From the NCBI GenBank assembly GCA_017459425.1, contig JAFUCZ010000004.1, forward strand, positions 1 through 63,418: a stretch of DNA of 63,418 nucleotides. Direction: 5' to 3'. The translations under genes and the position numbers were made by a program. The stretch's first letter is position 1, and each line of letters starts with the position of its first letter. This document shows, piece by piece, positions 9,824 to 17,060 of this stretch. Below the pieces are notes generated by a model. It saw only the letters and a list, made by a program, of their open reading frames with translations. It was not told where the DNA came from and did no database searches. This DNA comes from Bacilli bacterium. GTDB lineage: Bacteria; Bacillota_I; Bacilli_A; RF39; UBA660.

Positions 9824-10933
9824 TAGTTCTATAAGTTTATTAAGTTTAAGTTCTTCTTTATTAATTTTAATATTTATATTATTAAATGTATTTATTACTT
9901 TGTTTTCATCATTATAATTAATTAATTTTATTTTCATATCTGATAGAGTAGATAATACTATATATGGGGTATTACCTTCTTTTTTTTCTGAATTAATTCT
10001 TTTAGATAGAAATTCATCTAGATAAACCTTTATATATTGAATATTTTCAGTAAATTTATCTAATACATAAGTTCTTTGGTATGCATTAAATTTTCCTTTA
10101 TAATAATGAATGTATCCGACATAAGCACCATTTCCAGAGATAAGTAAAGCTTCTGTATCAAATGCATATTTATCAATGTAATAGTAATCTTTAGCACATG
10201 TATAAAACCTATATTGACCATTTTCTACCATAGCATTTGCATCTAATTTACCAGTTGTAATATTACATATATTTCCAAGTTTTTCTTCTTTAATTACATC
10301 TATACTTGAAAAAATTTTATTAGAAAGCCCTTTTTTAAATAACTTAAGGTCTTCAATTTTCTTAGATTGTAGTTCTATTTTTTTATCTAGTAATGATAGA
10401 AAATTGGATACCTTAACTTGTTCATTTTTATCTGGATAAGATATACTAAATTTTTCCAATCCTTTAATGGTCAACTGTGGTTGAGCAGATCCAAAGTTTG
10501 TTTTTGAAACTTGATTTTCAAACATTTGAGATTTCATATAAGAATACAAATATTTAGGAATAACACTATCATTATTTCTAATTATAACCATGCCAGAGTT
10601 TATTCTAACATTATCATAAGGTATAACATTATCATATAATACAACATTACCAACAGTACCTCTAGTAGTTAATACTATATCATTTCTGATCAACTTACCA
10701 TTTCTTAATAATTCATCTTTTTCTTTAGTAATAAATAATTTATTATTAAAATTAAAACCTTGTTTTGTAACATTACCAGCATTTAAAAATAAACAGTATT
10801 CATTATCAAAAAAATCATTTTCTTTAGGATAATTTTTTCCTCTATCTCCATCTATGATAGATGATAGTTCAGATAATTTTTCATTTTTCCATTCAGAATT
10901 AAATTCTTTAAATCTTAATTTAGGCTTACTCAT
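9791..10933 (-). CDS. hsdS: type I R-M specificity subunit (hsdS copy A, two TRDs)
   Basis: Two unrelated TRDs are separated by LDKKIELQSKKIEDLKLFKKGL, and the protein ends KKGLMQNMFV. The gene is convergent with hsdM. Confidence 0.9.
   Translation of the reverse strand: MSKPKLRFKEFNSEWKNEKLSELSSIIDGDRGKNYPKENDFFDNEYCLFLNAGNVTKQGFNFNNKLFITKEKDELLRNGKLIRNDIVLTTRGTVGNVVLYDNVIPYDNVRINSGMVIIRNNDSVIPKYLYSYMKSQMFENQVSKTNFGSAQPQLTIKGLEKFSISYPDKNEQVKVSNFLSLLDKKIELQSKKIEDLKLFKKGLSNKIFSSIDVIKEEKLGNICNITTGKLDANAMVENGQYRFYTCAKDYYYIDKYAFDTEALLISGNGAYVGYIHYYKGKFNAYQRTYVLDKFTENIQYIKVYLDEFLSKRINSEKKEGNTPYIVLSTLSDMKIKLINYNDENKVINTFNNINIKINKEELKLNKLIELKKGLMQNMFV
10333..10389. repeat. central inverted repeat, partner of 12591-12647
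   Basis: 57 bp, a perfect reverse complement of 12591-12647. It encodes the central conserved helix of HsdS. Confidence 0.9.
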
Positions 10934-10963
10934 TATCTCACCACCAGTCCTTAAGTTTAATAA
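10931..10963. repeat. 5'-end inverted repeat, partner of 12047-12079
   Basis: 33 bp, a perfect reverse complement of 12047-12079. It contains the RBS GGTGGTGAG and the ATG of both hsdS genes. Confidence 0.9.
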
Positions 10964-10988
10964 AAAGTTACTAACTTAACTAATAATA

Positions 10989-11016
10989 ATTATATCACAC
11001 TTTTACTGCTTTTGAA
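10989..11016 (-). promoter_or_regulatory. putative promoter for hsdS copy A
   Basis: On the minus strand: TTCAAA, 16 nt, TATAAT with a TG extension (TGTGATATAAT). It lies between the recombinase stop and hsdS-A. Confidence 0.5.
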
Positions 11017-11032
11017 CATTATAAAAAGCATT

Positions 11033-11998
11033 TCAAATACTTTCTTGAAATACTTTGCATATCATATCAATACATTTTTTCTTTTGAGATAATCTAGGAT
11101 GCACATATAAGTTTAATGTTATATTAACATTCGCATGACCTAATAATTCACTTACGGTCTTATAATCTACACCTAAAGAGATACAGTTTGTAGCAAATGT
11201 ATGTCTTAATGAATGAAAATTAAATTGCTTTATTTTTACCTGTTTCAAAACCTTATTAAAGTATTTTCTATATGTTCTTGGTTCAAGATATTTACTTGAA
11301 CCTGTAATTATGTAATCATCACCTTTAGTTTTAAGTTTTTTTAATAATTCTAAAAATTCCTTGTTAATAGGTATTTCTCTATTAGCATTTTTTGTTTTTG
11401 GAGTTGTTATTATCACTTTAGAAATATTACTATCTTTATCTTTAATATAAACTCTTTGAATAGTTTTATTAACAGATAATATATTCTTTTTGAAGTCTAT
11501 ATCATTCCATTGTAGTGCACATAATTCTCCGATTCTTAGACCTGAATATAATGATATCAATAATCCTATATTTCTACTAGTTAAGTTTTCTAAAACATAG
11601 TTTGTAAGTTTATTTTGTTCATGTTTTGATAGGATATAAATTTTTGAATCTTTATTATCTTTCGGATAATTAAATGTTAATTCAAAATGTCTTATTTTTT
11701 CTTCGTTTATTGCTTTTTTTAAACTTCCTTTAATAATGATTGTTATATCTTTAATTGTTTTTTCAGACAATCCACCAGACCCATCTTTTCTTCCATTTTT
11801 AAACAAATCTAGAAGAAAATCTTGTATAGTTTTATGATTTAAGTCTTGTATATATATATTACCTAATTTAGGAATTATATGATTAAAAATATTGTTTGAA
11901 TAATTAGCATATGTTGATTCTTTTATGTATTCTTTTTTTTCAATTAACCATTCATAAATCCAATCACTATATAAAATCTTATTTTTTTTAGCAAACAT
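11033..11998 (-). CDS. tyrosine site-specific recombinase (hsdS invertase candidate)
   Basis: Motifs LRIGEL, HSLRHTFAT and LGHANVNITLNLYVH. The gene sits between the inverted hsdS genes. Confidence 0.9.
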   Translation of the reverse strand: MFAKKNKILYSDWIYEWLIEKKEYIKESTYANYSNNIFNHIIPKLGNIYIQDLNHKTIQDFLLDLFKNGRKDGSGGLSEKTIKDITIIIKGSLKKAINEEKIRHFELTFNYPKDNKDSKIYILSKHEQNKLTNYVLENLTSRNIGLLISLYSGLRIGELCALQWNDIDFKKNILSVNKTIQRVYIKDKDSNISKVIITTPKTKNANREIPINKEFLELLKKLKTKGDDYIITGSSKYLEPRTYRKYFNKVLKQVKIKQFNFHSLRHTFATNCISLGVDYKTVSELLGHANVNITLNLYVHPRLSQKKKCIDMICKVFQESI

Positions 11999-12046
11999 AT
12001 AATATTCCTCCTTTCCAAAGAAATATTATAGTTGTTGATTATCTCA

Positions 12047-12079
12047 TTATTAAACTTAAGGACTGGTGGTGAGATAATG
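12047..12079. repeat. 5'-end inverted repeat, partner of 10931-10963
   Basis: See 10931-10963. Confidence 0.9.
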
Positions 12080-13240
12080 ATACCTAAACTTAGATTTAAC
12101 AATTTTGGTGATGAGTGGGAAGAATATATACTTCAGAGTGAAAGTGATGTTCGTGATGGAACACATGATTCTCCAAAATATGTAGAAAATGGTTATCCAT
12201 TAATTACATCTAAAAATTTAACTGATATGGGTACATTAGACTTTTCAAATGTAAGCTATTTAAAACAAGAAGATTTTGATAAAATTAATCAAAGATCTAA
12301 AGTTGATATAGGTGATATATTATTTGGAATGATTGGAACTATAGGTAAACCAGTTAGAATTGATAGAGATGATTTTGCAATAAAAAATGTTGCTTTAATA
12401 AAAGAAAATGGATTAATTAAAAATGATTATCTTATTCATTATTTACACACTCCAAGTATTAACAAACAGTTTGCTAATAATCAAGACGGAGGAACACAAA
12501 AATTTATTGCTTTAGATAAAATTCGTAAATTAAAAATTAAAATGCCTACTAGAGAAGAGCAAAAAAAGATAGTATCATTATTTGATTTATTAGATAAAAA
12601 AATAGAACTACAATCTAAGAAAATTGAAGACCTTAAGTTATTTAAAATGTGTACTTTGGATAGTTTCTTTAATTCAAATTCAAATGAACCCAAAAATATA
12701 TTATCTAATTATTGCACTTGTTTAACTGGAAAATCTAAGGTTGACCAAGTTGATGAGAATGGATTATATTACATAATGGATATGGGAACTGTAAATTCAG
12801 ATGGATATATACTTAAGAATAAACCGACATTTTGTAATTTAGATATGTTATCATATGGAGATTTAATTATGCCTAAAGATGATATCGGTGGAGGACTAAT
12901 TATAGGTAAAACTGGGTTTATTGATGAGGACAATAAGTACATATTAGGTGATCATGTATATTTGATAAAAACTAAAAATATAAATTCATTATATTTACAT
13001 TATCAAATAAACTCAAAATATATAAATAAGCAATTAAAAAGGAAAGTAACTGGTTCTGCACAATTAGGACTAAAAGCTGAAAACATTCTTAATCAAGAAA
13101 TATTAGTCCACTCAGAAAGTAATCAAAATAGAATCGCAAATATATTTAAATTAATAGACAAAAAAATTAAATTAGAAAATCAAAAACTTGAAAATTTAGC
13201 AAAAACAAAAAAAGGACTTATGCAAGATATGTTTGTATAA
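12077..13240 (+). CDS. hsdS: type I R-M specificity subunit (hsdS copy B, two TRDs)
   Basis: ATG 12077 lies within the shared 5' repeat. It carries the same central helix LDKKIELQSKKIEDLKLFK and a C-terminal KKGLMQDMFV; its TRDs are unrelated to those of copy A. Confidence 0.9.
   Translation: MIPKLRFNNFGDEWEEYILQSESDVRDGTHDSPKYVENGYPLITSKNLTDMGTLDFSNVSYLKQEDFDKINQRSKVDIGDILFGMIGTIGKPVRIDRDDFAIKNVALIKENGLIKNDYLIHYLHTPSINKQFANNQDGGTQKFIALDKIRKLKIKMPTREEQKKIVSLFDLLDKKIELQSKKIEDLKLFKMCTLDSFFNSNSNEPKNILSNYCTCLTGKSKVDQVDENGLYYIMDMGTVNSDGYILKNKPTFCNLDMLSYGDLIMPKDDIGGGLIIGKTGFIDEDNKYILGDHVYLIKTKNINSLYLHYQINSKYINKQLKRKVTGSAQLGLKAENILNQEILVHSESNQNRIANIFKLIDKKIKLENQKLENLAKTKKGLMQDMFV
12591..12647. repeat. 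central inverted repeat, partner of 10333-10389
   Basis: See 10333-10389. Confidence 0.9.
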
Positions 13241-13318
13241 GTCCTTTTAGTATCTTCTTTATTTAAAAAAGGATTATATAATGAATTATTTAAAGAAGTA
13301 GAAGGAACTGATTATTTA

Positions 13319-13852
13319 TTGTCGGATATAGCATTGTTTGAAAATGGTAAAGGTCATGAAAATATAGTTGATGAGAATGGAAAATACATATTGATAAATT
13401 CAAAATTTATATCTACTGAAGGAGCTATAATAAAAAAATGTTCTGAACAACTAACACCTTTGTATAAAAATGATATTACTATGGTTATGAGTGATCTTCC
13501 TAATGGTAAGGCATTGGCAAAATGTTATTATATAGATGAAGATGAAAAATATAGTTTAAATCAAAGAATTTGTAGAATTCAAATAAAAGATAACAATAAA
13601 ATTAATTCTAAATACTTATTTTATTTATTAAATAGAAATCTCTATTATTTAAAATTTGATGATGGAGTTAATCAAACTAACTTAAAAAAAGAAGATATAT
13701 TAAATATTCCTCTAGTTATACCATCAATTGAAAAACAAGAAAAAGACTCTAGTATTTTAAGCATTATAGATAATCTTATAGATAAAGAGAGTAATAAGTT
13801 ATCTAAATTGGATTTATTTAAAAAAGGACTTATGCAAAATATGTTTGTATAG
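13319..13852 (+). CDS. partial hsdS: single TRD plus C-terminal conserved helix (silent cassette, copy C)
   Basis: The frame is open from 13241, directly after the hsdS-B stop. It begins with an SLFKKGL remnant of the central helix and ends KKGLMQNMFV. There is no RBS or ATG; the track start is a TTG. Confidence 0.75.
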   Translation: MSDIALFENGKGHENIVDENGKYILINSKFISTEGAIIKKCSEQLTPLYKNDITMVMSDLPNGKALAKCYYIDEDEKYSLNQRICRIQIKDNNKINSKYLFYLLNRNLYYLKFDDGVNQTNLKKEDILNIPLVIPSIEKQEKDSSILSIIDNLIDKESNKLSKLDLFKKGLMQNMFV

Positions 13853-13866
13853 TCCTTTTTATTTTA
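13820..13866. repeat. 3'-end inverted repeat, partner of 9777-9823
   Basis: See 9777-9823. A similar direct copy lies at the end of hsdS-B (about 13205-13247). Confidence 0.85.
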
Positions 13867-14293
13867 ATATTTCATATATTGATATTTTGTGATTATAACA
13901 AATAGTGTATAATGTAAGTGAAGTTACTAGAAATTTACCAGATTCGTAACCACTATAAGTAGGTTGTGTAATCATACACTCATCAGCTATTTGTTGTTGA
14001 GTTAAACCAAGTTTGTTCCTAATCTTTTTAAGATTGGCACCGACTTGTTTTTTATTAAGTTTATTTATTTCTATGTAATTATCATTATTTCTTCTTAATC
14101 CCATTATATAATCTATGGAATACTTATATAGATTAGAAAACTTTACCATTTTAGGAAGTGGCATAGGATCTTGATTTGTTTCCCAACCAGTAACGGTTTT
14201 TCTTGATACTCCAAAAACAAATCCAAGTTCTTCTTGAGTCATTTCTAATTCCTCTCTACAATATTTTAAGTTGTTGTTTAACATAAATATCAC
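13859..14293 (-). CDS. XRE-family transcriptional regulator with two HTH domains
   Basis: Two Cro/C1-type HTH repeats (MTQEELGFVFGVSRKTVTGWE and LTQQQIADECMITQPTYSGYE). It is divergent from the next gene. Confidence 0.8.
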   Translation of the reverse strand: MIFMLNNNLKYCREELEMTQEELGFVFGVSRKTVTGWETNQDPMPLPKMVKFSNLYKYSIDYIMGLRRNNDNYIEINKLNKKQVGANLKKIRNKLGLTQQQIADECMITQPTYSGYESGKFLVTSLTLYTICYNHKISIYEILK

Positions 14294-14378
14294 CTAATAT
14301 TAATTTTCCCATTAAATAACCGAATATTAATAAATTGCTGGGTCATTTTATATTTGTGTGATATAATAAGAAAGACAG

Positions 14379-15110
14379 GTGATACTATTGAAAAATAAAA
14401 AAAGAAAAGAAGATTTAAAACAACTAGCTTTAAAAAAATCAGACAATGGTGGAAGATTATATCAATTAATTAATAGTAATAAAATAGATAAGATAATTGA
14501 TTTAATAACTGATGAAAAAACACCAGCTATAAAAACTACTTTAGTAGAGAAAGGCTATCTTACTGGGAATGAACAATTTTTAGATATGTTAAATAATTTC
14601 TTATATTACTTTGATATGAATTTTCCAACTGTATCACATAAAGACTTAATGATTCAAATGATTCTTGAATCACAAGTTCCTGAATTTCTTTTATGTAAAA
14701 AGTATTGGGGAGATAATGATAATATTCCATATTTTACAAAAGAAATGGATAAAACTATAATTAATAATTTTTATAATAATGTGATATTTACTGATGATTA
14801 TAAAACATTTCAAAAATATAAAATATTTCCACATAAAATGAATTTTGAAGACAAAGATGATCGTGATATTGTTATTAATTTAATGAAAGGTATAGCATGG
14901 ACTAATATAAATGATTATTCACTAGTATATTTATTTGATGAGTTTGGTACTAGAGAAAAAGAATTTAGAAAACATTATAAGGATAAAGGCAAGCTAGAAA
15001 TATATAAAATATTAATGGAGGATTATAGAATGCACTTTGATATATTATTAAGTCATTATGAAAAGAAAAAAGAATTATTAAAATATTTAAAATTAGCGAT
15101 ACAAAATTAA
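14379..15110 (+). CDS. hypothetical protein (about 240 aa)
   Basis: Long ORF divergent from the XRE gene. Non-ATG start; the exact start is uncertain. Confidence 0.6.
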   Translation: MILLKNKKRKEDLKQLALKKSDNGGRLYQLINSNKIDKIIDLITDEKTPAIKTTLVEKGYLTGNEQFLDMLNNFLYYFDMNFPTVSHKDLMIQMILESQVPEFLLCKKYWGDNDNIPYFTKEMDKTIINNFYNNVIFTDDYKTFQKYKIFPHKMNFEDKDDRDIVINLMKGIAWTNINDYSLVYLFDEFGTREKEFRKHYKDKGKLEIYKILMEDYRMHFDILLSHYEKKKELLKYLKLAIQN

Positions 15111-15204
15111 AAAAATAAGTATAATATTAATAAATAGATAATTTTGATTACAGATTATAGATTATTTGTTATAATACTAAATACATTGCAAATGAGGTGG
15201 AAGC

Positions 15205-15528
15205 ATGAAAACAAATGATATAATTGATGAACTTCAGGAATATTGCTTTAATGATAAAGAAACAATTAAGTATAAAAAAGATATGTTTGATGATTATCAA
15301 ATAGAATTTTTAGATGGATGGATAGAAATAATCATAAATCAATACATAAGAGATGATTCTTATGAAGTATATTTAAATATTAAAACAAAAAATAAAATAG
15401 CATGTCCATTATTATATAAAAAGTTTAATAATGTAATGGATGCTAAAATCTACTATGAAGATTTAAAAAGTTTAATCGAAAATAATGATGAAAAATTTAT
15501 CATAAATCGTTGTAAAATAGGGCTTTAA
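15205..15528 (+). CDS. hypothetical protein (107 aa)
   Basis: ORF behind the RBS GAGGTGG. Confidence 0.6.
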   Translation: MKTNDIIDELQEYCFNDKETIKYKKDMFDDYQIEFLDGWIEIIINQYIRDDSYEVYLNIKTKNKIACPLLYKKFNNVMDAKIYYEDLKSLIENNDEKFIINRCKIGL

Positions 15529-15655
15529 AGCGAAAATTCCACCCCCTAAACACCTATATAATTCACCACTTGTTTTCCTATCTGAGTATGATAAAATATA
15601 GTAAAATGAAATAATTATGTAGAGATACAAATTGTTTCATTTTTTTTAATTGTTA

Positions 15656-15683
15656 TTGACTTTTTCCAAGAAAACTATATAAT
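15656..15683 (+). promoter_or_regulatory. near-consensus sigma-A promoter
   Basis: TTGACT, 16 nt, TATAAT. Located about 215 nt upstream of the ArpU-like gene. Confidence 0.6.
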
Positions 15684-15831
15684 AAATAACAATTTATATG
15701 TTAAGTGGTTTGATGGGATTGGAAGTGGTCTTTATGGAACTAATTGTTTTTAATAAGTTGAAGTATTTATCTTCAAAGCAAAGTTCGATAAAGGGATTCG
15801 ACCCCTCAAAGCCAAAGTTAAAGTTAAAAAT

Positions 15832-15882
15832 AGAAGAGAAGTAGTAGCTTTTATTAAATTGCCATTATTTCTCTTCTTTTTT
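15832..15882 (+). terminator. terminator-like hairpin inside the 5' leader of the ArpU-like gene (possible attenuator)
   Basis: AGAAGAGAA...TTCTCTTCT stem (9 bp, extendable with G-U pairs) followed by T5. It ends 13 nt before the start codon. Confidence 0.5.
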
Positions 15883-15894
15883 ACTTAATGGGGG

Positions 15895-16332
15895 ATGCAT
15901 ATGAAATTATTGAGTTTAAAAGAACTAGATATGTTCGATTATGTTGAGACTAGAAAGAATGTAGTAGAACACACCAAGGATTTAAACATGATTCAATTTA
16001 AGTACAGAAATGTTCTGCCACCTCCACTAGCAGGTCAACTATTTGACATCAAGGTACAATCTTCACCAACAAATAGATCTAGTATAGAATCTTATGTTGA
16101 AAAAAGAGATGAGTTTTTGAGAGAGTATAAAGAAAAACTTGATGAGATAAACGATATAATCAAAGATTTTTCTTATCATGAACAAAGATTTTTTAAAGAT
16201 CATTTTATTCATGGTGTAAAAGTAAAAGAATTTGAAAAGACTTTTAGATGTGGACCTGATATGGTTGATCATATTAAACAAAGCTCAGTAATAAAATTTG
16301 CACTTGCTCTTGACATAGCAGTCTATAAATGA
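15895..16332 (+). CDS. ArpU-like / sigma-70 region-4-like phage and mobile-element transcriptional regulator
   Basis: 145 aa. The size, position ahead of the recombinase module and the C-terminal HTH-like region resemble ArpU-family regulators. This is a by-eye assignment. Confidence 0.5.
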   Translation: MHMKLLSLKELDMFDYVETRKNVVEHTKDLNMIQFKYRNVLPPPLAGQLFDIKVQSSPTNRSSIESYVEKRDEFLREYKEKLDEINDIIKDFSYHEQRFFKDHFIHGVKVKEFEKTFRCGPDMVDHIKQSSVIKFALALDIAVYK

Positions 16333-16354
16333 AATCACTTCGGTGATTTTTTTA
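16332..16354 (+). terminator. intrinsic terminator
   Basis: AAATCAC-TTCG-GTGATTT hairpin followed by a T-run. Confidence 0.75.
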
Positions 16355-16393
16355 TTTGGAAAAAGTTAATTGTTGTAAGAAAGGAAAATATTT

Positions 16394-16537
16394 ATGTTAG
16401 GTAAAATTTTAGGAATAGTATTTTTAGTATTAATGGGATTGTTTACAATATGTTCTTGCAAAGTAGCTTCATGGGCTGATCGAGAAATGGAAGAAGATTT
16501 AAAAAGGAGAGAACAAGATGAAAAAAAAGACATATAG
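16394..16537 (+). CDS. small membrane protein (47 aa), absent from the ORF track
   Basis: Sequence MLGKILGIVFLVLMGLFTICSCKVASWADREMEEDLKRREQDEKKDI: a hydrophobic N-terminus with a charged tail. RBS is AAGGAAA. It overlaps the next ORF by 20 nt. Confidence 0.4.
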   Translation: MLGKILGIVFLVLMGLFTICSCKVASWADREMEEDLKRREQDEKKDI

Positions 16538-16721
16538 AGCAATTATAGATAATGATGGACATATTACAACAATGATCGTTGGTGGTGAAAGTAAGAAATC
16601 AGTTACAAAAGAGTTAACTGATTTTTTTATGAAAACTAAACAAATAAAAGATTATAGAAGATTTGATATTCATCTTAAAGAAGTAATGTATATAGATGGT
16701 GAATATAAAACTATTGAGTAG
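16518..16721 (+). CDS. hypothetical protein (67 aa)
   Basis: RBS is AGGAGAG. It lies in the same-strand module upstream of the serine recombinases. Confidence 0.55.
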   Translation: MKKKTYRAIIDNDGHITTMIVGGESKKSVTKELTDFFMKTKQIKDYRRFDIHLKEVMYIDGEYKTIE

Positions 16722-16729
16722 GTGGTTCT

Positions 16730-16996
16730 ATGAAAATAGACAAACTAAAAGAAAAATTAAATAAATATGAAAATATCCCACTATCTGAAATAGATATCAA
16801 TGAAGTTGATGAAATTACAGATATTAAAGTGAGTAAGAGAAAGTCAAGTAATGATAGAATACTTGATTTTTTAAATACAGTAAAAAATCCATATGTATTT
16901 AAGCATAATGGAAAATTAATTAAAATTGGTTTTTCTGATACTGATAAGACTGCAGATGACTGTCTAACTAATGTACTTAGGAATCTTTATAAATAA
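16730..16996 (+). CDS. hypothetical small protein (88 aa) of the kind found upstream of serine-recombinase genes in Firmicutes elements
   Basis: RBS is GGTGG. Placement immediately 5' of the recombinases. Confidence 0.55.
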   Translation: MKIDKLKEKLNKYENIPLSEIDINEVDEITDIKVSKRKSSNDRILDFLNTVKNPYVFKHNGKLIKIGFSDTDKTADDCLTNVLRNLYK

Positions 16997-17060
16997 TTTT
17001 GCACCTTAGAATAAATTCTTAATTTCAAATATTATTTTATAAAGTGGAAGGAGAATATCT

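Noticed and set aside
13238-13321. hsdS-B and the third cassette being in the same frame, as programmed read-through producing a three-TRD HsdS.
   Set aside because: KKGLMQDMFV-stop is the natural HsdS C-terminus, and copy A ends identically. Sharing a frame has a 1 in 3 chance, and a three-TRD subunit has no precedent. It is more simply a silent recombination cassette.
15766-15815. A tRNA or tRNA fragment: a T-arm-like AGGG-ATTCGAC-CCCT followed by ...GCCA, with a preceding hairpin resembling an anticodon arm.
   Set aside because: No acceptor or D arm can be drawn, the putative anticodon loop TATTTAT lacks U33, and the spacing is wrong. At most it is a tRNA-like fragment within a leader, so it is kept only as a note in the attenuator finding.
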